Shown here: positions 9,298-15,963 of the stretch, piece after piece
Layout of the letters: each line of letters starts with the position of its first letter
How positions within the stretch are numbered: position 1 is the stretch's first letter
Source: Acutalibacteraceae bacterium
GTDB taxonomy: Bacteria > Bacillota > Clostridia > Oscillospirales > Acutalibacteraceae
Assembly: GCA_045536525.1 (NCBI GenBank)
Contig: JAZSNT010000004.1
Span: 6,910-70,909, forward strand
Length of the DNA stretch: 64,000 bases
Reading direction: 5' to 3'
The notes under the pieces: generated by a model
Database searches by the model: none
Told to the model about the DNA's origin: nothing
The model's input: the letters and a program-made list of their open reading frames with translations, nothing else
Translations under genes and position numbers: made by a program

Positions 9298-9987
9298 ATG
9301 AGCAATTATGCAATAATGCGATTTCAAAAATACAAGTTAGGGTCTGTTGCAAATATTGAACGACACCAAAAGTATAGAGAACGACTACGAAATAGAAAAC
9401 ACCCCGAAAAAGAGCATTTGAACAGGACTTGGAAAAGGAATGATGAAACTATGACACAAACTATTAAAAAGGCAATTAAGGAACAAGAACGAGAGACAGG
9501 CAGAAAAGTGAGAAAGGATGCGAATGTGCTTTGTGAGTTCGTTTTGACTTTCTCGCCTGAAATGGAAGATAAAATCAATTTGCCTATGTGGGTACAGGCA
9601 AATTTTAACTGGATAAAAGAAACCTTTGGAAAAGGTAAACTAATAAGAGCGGATTTGAATTGTGATGAAACCACTGTGCATATACATTGTTTTGTAATAA
9701 TGAACGATGAACAAGGTCGCTTTAATTCATCAAGATTTTTTAATAAGAAAAGTCAGGTCATAGCATTACAGGACAGTTATGCGGAATCAATGGCTCAGTT
9801 CGGTCTTGTTCGTGGCGAAAGTAAAGAAATCACACAAGCAAGACACCAAACACTACACGAATGGCACAAAGCAGAAAGCGAAAGACTGGAAAAGGAATTG
9901 CAAGAAATGGCAAACAATGTTTTATCAGATGAAAAAGAAACCGCACCGAAACCTATTGAAAGCAATATTTTTGATAATTTGCGATAG
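9298..9987 (+). CDS. MobV/Pre-family relaxase (short form)
   Basis: MSNYAIMRFQKYK... N-terminus with HxxR-like (ERHQKYR) and HxDE..H.H-like (NCDETTVHIHC) motifs. The start was moved to the ATG behind the RBS AAAGGAG. Confidence 0.8.
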   Translation: MSNYAIMRFQKYKLGSVANIERHQKYRERLRNRKHPEKEHLNRTWKRNDETMTQTIKKAIKEQERETGRKVRKDANVLCEFVLTFSPEMEDKINLPMWVQANFNWIKETFGKGKLIRADLNCDETTVHIHCFVIMNDEQGRFNSSRFFNKKSQVIALQDSYAESMAQFGLVRGESKEITQARHQTLHEWHKAESERLEKELQEMANNVLSDEKETAPKPIESNIFDNLR

Positions 9988-9999
9988 GTGGTGAATGTT

Positions 10000-10167
10000 A
10001 TGAGCAAAGATTATGCTATTGAAAAACTGCACAAAATACATAATGTTGAGAAATGGAAAAAGGCACTCCGTATTGCAGAGATACGAAAAGAAACAAATTG
10101 CACCTATGAACAAGCAGAGCAGATTTATAACGATGAAAAAGCAAAAAAAGATATGAGAGAAAACTAA
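10000..10167 (+). CDS. 55-aa hypothetical protein
   Basis: ATG ORF (MSKDYAIEKLHKIHNVEKWKKALR...KDMREN) ending inside the terminator hairpin. It is below the ORF-track cut-off and has no family assignment. Confidence 0.35.
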   Translation: MSKDYAIEKLHKIHNVEKWKKALRIAEIRKETNCTYEQAEQIYNDEKAKKDMREN

Positions 10168-10187
10168 AAATCTCTCATATCTTTTTT
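10149..10187. terminator. Bidirectional hairpin terminator, copy 2 of the duplicated unit
   Basis: AGATATGAGAGA (10149-10160) pairs with TCTCTCATATCT (10171-10182), followed by a T-run. It sits between the convergent 55-aa ORF and the recombinase gene. Confidence 0.7.
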
Positions 10188-10188
10188 G

Positions 10189-11733
10189 TTATATCTTCCA
10201 AGCAATTTCAAAGGTATTTATATCATTTGTAAGATATATTTTATCTATCATAAAATCAATTATCTGCCGTTTTTCTTCGGTGGTAAGGTCTTGGTATTTA
10301 ATGCCCTTACTAATGCTTTCTTTGAGTGTTAAATTGTGCTTTAAAAAGATTTCCAAAGTGCCTGATGAACTTAATGCAACTTGTTGTCTATATTCCAATT
10401 CGTTGATTTCGGTTTGCAGTTTCTCAACCTTGTTTTTAAATGCTTTCTTTAATATTTCATTACTTTCTTTATTATCGTAAAAATCGTTGATTATTTCATC
10501 AAGTTGTGCTTGTTTAGTTTCAATTTCTTTGGTTGCCTTGTAAGCCATATCAACCCTTTCTTTCCATATTCCGTGTAGGTTGTCAAGTTGCTTTTGTATT
10601 TCTTCGCCAACCGTTTCCTGTAACACCCAAAAATTGATATTATTAAACTTTTCTTTACAAGTGTGTAAACTGCGGTTTCCGTAACAGTCAAGATACGGTC
10701 TGCCGTTTGTACTTTGACTGTAAGATTTGATTGCATAACCACAAGATTTACATTTTAATTTTCCACCAAGTTCTTCTAATAGTCCTGCGGTGTTGTTCCT
10801 TGTGAATTGTTGATTTTCTGCAAGTCGCTCTTGAACACTAACATAATTTATACTTGGTATAAAACCTTCAAAATTAGTTAAATAAACACTTTGTTCTTCC
10901 ATAGTGGTGTAAGAGCGGATGTTGGCATTACCTACTTTTTTACCAATAATGTGTGCTGTTCTTGTTCCGTTCCATTCTTCTTCACTATTCAAAAACTTGA
11001 TTTTCCGTTTTTTGAAATATGTATAAAGAACTTTATCCGCTTTAACATAGATTGGATTTTGCAAGATTTTTGATACTGTTACACTATCAAAAACCGCTCT
11101 TTTATGTGGTTTATAACCCCTTTCGTTTAAGTTTCTTGCCACTTGACCTAATGTGCATTGTTCAACACCGTAATAAAGTGCGAACATTAACTCAACCGCT
11201 TCAATTTCTTCTGGTATTGGTATTAGAGTAGGTTTATTGTCTTCATTTCTTCCATTCTTAAAACCGTATGGTGCCGGACCACCCGCCCAACTGCCTGTGG
11301 TGGCGGTGCGGTAGTAATAATTGTCCTTAACTCGTTTTTGTATGTTCTTTCTTTCAAGTTCTGCGAATAATGCTAACATACCCATTACAAATACACCCAT
11401 ACCTGTTGTGTCAAAAGGTTCAGTAGCACTTACAAAATCGCAATTATGTTTTTGCATAATTTCAAACAGTTTATAAAAGTCCGTAATACTTCTGCTTATA
11501 CGGTCCAATTTATAAACAATAACTTTACCAACCTTATCAAGTTCAATGTCGGTTATAAGTCTTTGTAATTCAGGTCTTGCGGTGTTTTTACCGCTATAAC
11601 CTTTGTCTTTATAAACGGTATATATTTCGCCTTTTCTTAATTTATTTTCGCATTGCTCAATCTGACCTTCGATGCTTAAACTTTCCTTTTTGTCCACACT
11701 CTGCCTTGTGTAAATTGCCGTTTGTTTTGTCAT
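10189..11733 (-). CDS. Large serine recombinase (TnpX-like) of element 1
   Basis: N-terminal resolvase motif AIYTRQSVDKKESLSIEGQ (catalytic Ser context), then a recombinase domain, a Cys-rich zinc ribbon (CKSCGY...CYGNRSLHTC) and a coiled-coil tail. The start was chosen at MTKQTAIY. Confidence 0.85.
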   Translation of the reverse strand: MTKQTAIYTRQSVDKKESLSIEGQIEQCENKLRKGEIYTVYKDKGYSGKNTARPELQRLITDIELDKVGKVIVYKLDRISRSITDFYKLFEIMQKHNCDFVSATEPFDTTGMGVFVMGMLALFAELERKNIQKRVKDNYYYRTATTGSWAGGPAPYGFKNGRNEDNKPTLIPIPEEIEAVELMFALYYGVEQCTLGQVARNLNERGYKPHKRAVFDSVTVSKILQNPIYVKADKVLYTYFKKRKIKFLNSEEEWNGTRTAHIIGKKVGNANIRSYTTMEEQSVYLTNFEGFIPSINYVSVQERLAENQQFTRNNTAGLLEELGGKLKCKSCGYAIKSYSQSTNGRPYLDCYGNRSLHTCKEKFNNINFWVLQETVGEEIQKQLDNLHGIWKERVDMAYKATKEIETKQAQLDEIINDFYDNKESNEILKKAFKNKVEKLQTEINELEYRQQVALSSSGTLEIFLKHNLTLKESISKGIKYQDLTTEEKRQIIDFMIDKIYLTNDINTFEIAWKI

Positions 11734-11891
11734 TGTCTTTATCCGTCCTTTTGTTGATAGATTCAAGTAATCTTATGTATAACATTATTTTTTCATCTTG
11801 AGATAGGTTTCTATATGTATGTGTTATCATACTAAACTATACTCATTATAGCACAATGATATTCATTTGTCATTACTTTTGTATCTATTGT

Positions 11892-12235
11892 ATCGACGTC
11901 CCACTGAATTGTATACATTTTAAGTTCGTTCATCGTTTCAATAAGCACATTGTCATAATCACCATACGGTGGGCGCAAAAAGGTAGGTTTTACTCCTGTT
12001 ATCGCTTTAATTTTTTCATTGCAACTCTCTATTTCATCGGTCATTTGTGCCTTTGACAATTGTGGCATGTGAGGGTGCGTATTAGAGTGATTTTGTATCT
12101 GGTGTCCTGCATCGCTGAGCGCTTTTACCGACTCAGGATACTTGTCAACCCACGCACCAACAACGAAAAAAGTAGCCGGAACGTTGTACTCTTTAAGTAT
12201 TTGTATAAGCGTCTCAGTATCGTCATTACCCCACG
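11892..12235 (-). pseudogene. Polysaccharide deacetylase, fragment 2 of 3 (middle ~110 aa)
   Basis: Reads (S)WGNDDTETLIQILKEYNVPATFFVVGAWVDKYPESVKALSDAGHQIQNHSNTHPHMPQLSKAQ...LRPPYG...YTIQWDVD. It contains NodB motifs HSxxH and RPPYG. The frame is open beyond the tracked ORF 11832..12068. Confidence 0.85.
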
Positions 12236-12299
12236 ATAAAAGTAAAAAGGTACAAAATTAACCCACAACACCGATTTCCCTTGTGTTGTGGGTTTGCTT

Positions 12300-12584
12300 T
12301 TACTTGTTTCTTAATCTATCTACCAATGACTGAATATACTGTTTATCCTTTTCGGATAGTCCCGAAATATCTATTGTTTCGCTTTTTTCTATGCCGAGTA
12401 GTTTGTCTGTACTTATATGGAGTGCTTTAGATAGCTTGATAACAACTTCTAAGGACGGTGTTCTATCTCCCACCTCATAAAAACTGATAACGCTATTTTT
12501 TACGCCTATTAGACTTGCAAGTTCTTTTTGCGTTAATTTTCTTTCTTTGCGAAGCTGTCGCAATCTGTCGCCAAATTCTACCAT
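12300..12584 (-). CDS. XRE-family helix-turn-helix transcriptional regulator
   Basis: 94 aa with an N-terminal HTH_3 signature (LRQLRKERKLTQKELASLIGVKNSVISFYEVGDRTPS). Confidence 0.85.
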   Translation of the reverse strand: MVEFGDRLRQLRKERKLTQKELASLIGVKNSVISFYEVGDRTPSLEVVIKLSKALHISTDKLLGIEKSETIDISGLSEKDKQYIQSLVDRLRNK

Positions 12585-12658
12585 TTAGTACACCTCAATT
12601 CTACTAATATTTTAACCTCTTTTAATATACAATTGGTGGATTTTTAATGTATAAAATT

Positions 12659-12698
12659 CTACTAAGTAGTTGACTTTTGCACAACTTAGTAGTATAAT
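12659..12698 (+). promoter_or_regulatory. Divergent promoter with palindromic operator
   Basis: TTGACT (12670-12675), a 17-nt spacer, then TATAAT (12693-12698). The palindrome CTACTAAGTAG (12659-12669) abuts the -35 hexamer. The half-site CTTAGTAG (12685-12692) sits in the spacer and another half-site, CTACTAAT, lies at 12601. Confidence 0.6.
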
Positions 12699-12754
12699 GT
12701 TGAAAAGTGAACTTGTGTGTCGCTAAAAATAATTAAAAGGGGTTATGAATAATC

Positions 12755-13243
12755 ATGGCTAAAAAACAAAAACAAAAGGAAAAATTATTTGAAGAAGTGC
12801 AATTTCAAGACATTGAAAGAGCAAAAAGAGAAGTTAAATTTGCAAAAATAAACCAAATCAGAATTTTGATAGGTTTTGTTTTTTCTCTTATTGCTATCGT
12901 TTTCACTGCACTTGCAATTTGGGGAAATCCTGAAAAAACAAGTATGTTTGTAGGTATCGCCGTTTTTCTTGCAATTCCATCTTACATAATTGGTGGCGGT
13001 ATTTTCAAAGCATTAAAGGTCGCTTGGAAAATTACAAAAATCGGTTGGTTTTTAATTCCTGTATTCCCTGCTGATGTTCTTATTGCCCTTGCGTGCTTCT
13101 TCTTTGCAGTCATTGGTCTTTTGTTTGTACCTGTTATATTTGTTGGCATCAACTACGTGCAACATAAAAGGACTTTAGATGCCGCAACAAGCTATTTAGC
13201 ACAGTGCGGTGCGGTTGTAGAAACAGCTACTACCGAGGAATAA
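12755..13243 (+). CDS. Hypothetical membrane protein (about 4 TM segments), element-2 cargo
   Basis: 162 aa with a charged N-terminus (KKQKQKEK) followed by four hydrophobic stretches. An RBS AAAAGGGG precedes it. No family is recognised. Confidence 0.6.
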   Translation: MAKKQKQKEKLFEEVQFQDIERAKREVKFAKINQIRILIGFVFSLIAIVFTALAIWGNPEKTSMFVGIAVFLAIPSYIIGGGIFKALKVAWKITKIGWFLIPVFPADVLIALACFFFAVIGLLFVPVIFVGINYVQHKRTLDAATSYLAQCGAVVETATTEE

Positions 13244-13256
13244 ATATTATACAATT

Positions 13257-13286
13257 AAAAAGGCTATGCTTCGGCATAGCTTTTTT
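13257..13286 (+). terminator. Rho-independent terminator
   Basis: GCTATGC-ttcg-GCATAGC stem followed by TTTTTT. Confidence 0.7.
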
Positions 13287-13323
13287 CTATATATTACAAA
13301 GTTTACCCCACTTGGCCGCCGCC

Positions 13324-13360
13324 CCCAATAACTAATGGCTCTGCCGTTAGTGATATTGGG
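13324..13360 (+). promoter_or_regulatory. oriT-like imperfect inverted repeat upstream of the element-2 relaxase gene
   Basis: CCCAATAACTAA...TTAGTGATATTGGG lies about 65 nt upstream of the mob start, followed by TTGACATTGTCAA. Confidence 0.4.
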
Positions 13361-13425
13361 TTATTGACATTGTCAAGCCCCCGTTTTAATCATCTATAAT
13401 ATCAGCAAACACGCCAAAGGGGGCA

Positions 13426-14718
13426 ATGACAATGGAAAATAACGTAACAATATCAACACACAACGGCAGCCAAGTGGCACGTCAACACAATCTGCGAAAT
13501 CCAAAGGTTATCGCAAAGGAAGACCACATTGATCCGAACGGTCATTTTGAGGTGTGGTTGGATGAAGATCCAAAAACCGCCTACGAAAGACTATTCGGGC
13601 AATCCGTCCAAGAATATAACGAACGTCAAACACGTGAAGACCGCAAGATTACCGATTATTACAAGCAAATTTGTGAAGACAAAAAGAAAAAACCCGTTTA
13701 TGAGCTTATTATCGGTATCTATGGCAAGAAAGCAGACGGCACTCCTATTTGCAGTAAAAATGACGGAAAGAGAATCCTCCGAGCATTTGTTGAGGATTGG
13801 GAAAGAAGAAACCCGCAGTTAAAACTTTGCGGTTTATACTATCATTGTGACGAGTCTGTGGGTATAAACGGCTCACAGGTCGGACACGTTCACATTGATT
13901 ATATCCCTGTTGGTGACGGATTCACTCGTGGTATGGGTATGCAAAGTTCTTTATCTCGTGCTTTAGAACAACAGGGTTTTGAATCGCAAGGATTGAATAA
14001 TACCGCCCAAATGCAATGGGAAAGCAGAGAAAATCAGTTTTTGGCAACACTTTGCGCACATGCGGGTTTTGAGGTTATTCGTGGCAACGGAAACAAAGAG
14101 CATTTAGACACCGCCACCTATAAAAAGGTTAAAGAACTTGAAGATTTACAAGAAAAACAGGCAACTTTGGTGCAGAGCTTTGCCCAAAAAGAGCAAGAAT
14201 ATCTTGAACTCCAAGATAAATTCGAAACCCTAAAGGCTCAAAAGAGCTTATCCCAAGCAGTTTTGGAAGCTTATGCCGAACCCGACTTTAAAATCGAGGT
14301 GCAACGTACCCCTGCAAAGAAAAATCCGATTACAAAGCAAGAAACCCCTGCACAAGTAACGATGGCGGAAACGGATTATCTCGTGCTGAAGGAACGAGCC
14401 GCCGCAACTACGTGGATTAAGAAAGCGATTGAAGAACTAAAATATATGGGTGCAAAGTTGACGCGTGAACTCAATCAGCGCCGTAGGGTTGCGGAGTTGC
14501 AAGAGCGAGCTAATTCAGCCGAGATAGAAGCCCGTGCCGCCGAAGTGAACCTTGCAAACGCCAAAGCCGAGATTGCCGATTTGCAACAACAAGCGTGGGA
14601 GCAACAAGAGTGGATGGAAAACCAAGTTACCCGAAACGGCAAGAGTATTTGGGAATTTTTTATGGACTTTATAACCAAACAGCACGAACGTGAATATATA
14701 GAACGTGACGAGCGATAG
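13426..14718 (+). CDS. MobV/Pre-family relaxase (long form with coiled-coil C-terminus)
   Basis: 430 aa with HNLR and HCDES...GHVHIDYIP histidine motifs in the N-terminal third, and a Q/E/A-rich coiled-coil C-terminal half. Confidence 0.75.
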   Translation: MTMENNVTISTHNGSQVARQHNLRNPKVIAKEDHIDPNGHFEVWLDEDPKTAYERLFGQSVQEYNERQTREDRKITDYYKQICEDKKKKPVYELIIGIYGKKADGTPICSKNDGKRILRAFVEDWERRNPQLKLCGLYYHCDESVGINGSQVGHVHIDYIPVGDGFTRGMGMQSSLSRALEQQGFESQGLNNTAQMQWESRENQFLATLCAHAGFEVIRGNGNKEHLDTATYKKVKELEDLQEKQATLVQSFAQKEQEYLELQDKFETLKAQKSLSQAVLEAYAEPDFKIEVQRTPAKKNPITKQETPAQVTMAETDYLVLKERAAATTWIKKAIEELKYMGAKLTRELNQRRRVAELQERANSAEIEARAAEVNLANAKAEIADLQQQAWEQQEWMENQVTRNGKSIWEFFMDFITKQHEREYIERDER

Positions 14719-14722
14719 AAAA

Positions 14723-14757
14723 ATCAGGTGTATCTCTTAAGGTACACCTGATTTTTT
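14723..14757 (+). terminator. Rho-independent terminator of mob
   Basis: ATCAGGTGTA / TACACCTGAT stem followed by TTTTTT. Confidence 0.75.
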
Positions 14758-14759
14758 AT

Positions 14760-15750
14760 GTTTTGGGACAGCTATGTGGGTTTAGGTTGGGACACGTATG
14801 TGGGATGTAAACAAAAAGGACGTCGGGCGTTTTCGGTTGAAATATCCCCCGAAACACCCACGTCCTATGTAGGAAACGGAGCTAAATGGACAGACTTCTC
14901 CCTTTGAGTGTTCAAAGGGGAGAAGTCCATAAGCTTAAGTCACGTCCTAGAGGTGAGGTTTCCGTATGCTTTTTTATTTGCCACCCTGACTTGTCAACCC
15001 ATTGCCTGATTGACGAACCATTTACGCATCTGTTCTGCGTGTTAACAGGTTCAACCCTGCACCGATACATAATTGTGCTATGCGTGTGCGATCTCTTCGC
15101 TATTGCCCTGAACCTTTTAAATATGATTACTCACTTGCATCTCATATTTTCACAATGGGGCACCGAACTGCACCGATTTAGGTTAACAGCCCGTAAGCTA
15201 ACAGCCATTATCAGCCACTGTCTATTCTTTTACTTGCTCACCAGTATTTTTCGCAATATAAACGAGTATCAAGCAACAAAACTTGTAGGAAACACAGGGT
15301 GGAGTGTCCCACACGCTTCACATTTTTTTAGGAGTGGTCGGTAGACCTGCAATTTTTAAAGAGATTTGCTCCAAAACTCTCTGTGATTCAGTTGTAATGT
15401 CCCGTGTTGCTTTAATAATGCCGCCAATTAGCACCAACCACGAAATAGATACAATTTTATTTAATATTCGGTCAATGGTTATGGTTAAGGATACTTCCTG
15501 AAAGCACCATTACAAGACAATAATAATATAGAATATTGTTTTTGGAGCTTTTGCCCCTACCACTAAAACGTCAGTCGATATAATCACTATGTAGGCTGAA
15601 ATTTACAGTTGTAAAGTTAGTCATCTACGCAGTCCTCAAACTTGCGTTAGATAGACATTTTTCCATTTCTGCCCACATACAATTTAATATCGGGTAACGT
15701 GCGAACGTTACCGCCTTAAATAATTATATCTATCGGAAAGGCGGCAAACC
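14760..15750. other. ORF-free, hairpin-rich ~1 kb segment (candidate structured RNA or decayed cargo)
   Basis: No credible ORF on either strand; the two tracked ORFs are Cys/His/Leu-rich junk. Visible structure includes tandem 18-nt repeats at 14763-14780 and 14787-14804. Long hairpins lie at 14818-14865, 14893-14927 and 15693-15712 (GCGA loop). TGTAGGAAAC and CTGCACCGAT are each repeated. Confidence 0.4.
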
Positions 15751-15751
15751 T

Positions 15752-15880
15752 ATGAAAAAGGTTACCATTGAGTTCGAAGACGTTTTCGAACAAGGTAAAA
15801 GTTTCGGAGATTGCCTTAACGATCTCCTTGATACATACTACTCTGATGAGGGTGCGGAAGCACCCTCTATTTTTTTATAA
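15752..15880 (+). CDS. 42-aa acidic hypothetical protein upstream of the recombinase
   Basis: MKKVTIEFEDVFEQGKSFGDCLNDLLDTYYSDEGAEAPSIFL. An RBS-like GAAAGGCGG precedes it. The 3' end overlaps the terminator hairpin GAGGGTGC-ggaa-GCACCCTC plus a T-run (15848-15876). Confidence 0.3.
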   Translation: MKKVTIEFEDVFEQGKSFGDCLNDLLDTYYSDEGAEAPSIFL

Positions 15881-15897
15881 CTTTTTCAAACTAAAGG

Positions 15898-15926
15898 TTG
15901 ATTTTGTACCCTACTTTTGATATAAT
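15898..15926 (+). promoter_or_regulatory. Sigma-A type promoter of the element-2 recombinase
   Basis: TTGATT (15898-15903), a 17-nt spacer, then TATAAT (15921-15926). The spacer contains TTTGTACC, the same core as the element's terminal inverted repeats. Confidence 0.55.
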
Positions 15927-15963
15927 GCTAAAGAAGATACAAAACAATTTTAAGGAGTTCATT

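Larger units (their letters stand above)
6486..11894. mobile_element. Element 1: ~5.4 kb Tn4451/Tn4453-like mobilizable element (large serine recombinase + MobV relaxase)
   Basis: 19-nt terminal inverted repeats match 18/19: ACATTAGATACAAAAGTAA (6489-6507) and TTACTTTTGTATCTATTGT (11873-11891). TC (GA on the gene strand) is present at both junctions (6486-6487 and 11893-11894). Deleting 6488-11894 rejoins the deacetylase frame (WDVD|SLDW). Confidence 0.8.

Noticed and set aside
14886-15501. Tracked plus-strand ORFs of 152 and 65 aa in the element-2 spacer.
   Set aside because: Their composition is Cys/His/Leu/Phe-rich and not protein-like. They have no RBS and run straight through strong hairpins. 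The region is treated as non-coding.
14760-15750. Group II intron or other self-splicing element in the element-2 spacer.
   Set aside because: There is no GUGYG 5' end and no domain V with an AGC triad; the GNRA hairpin at 15693-15712 lacks it. There is no reverse-transcriptase ORF. The class remains unknown.
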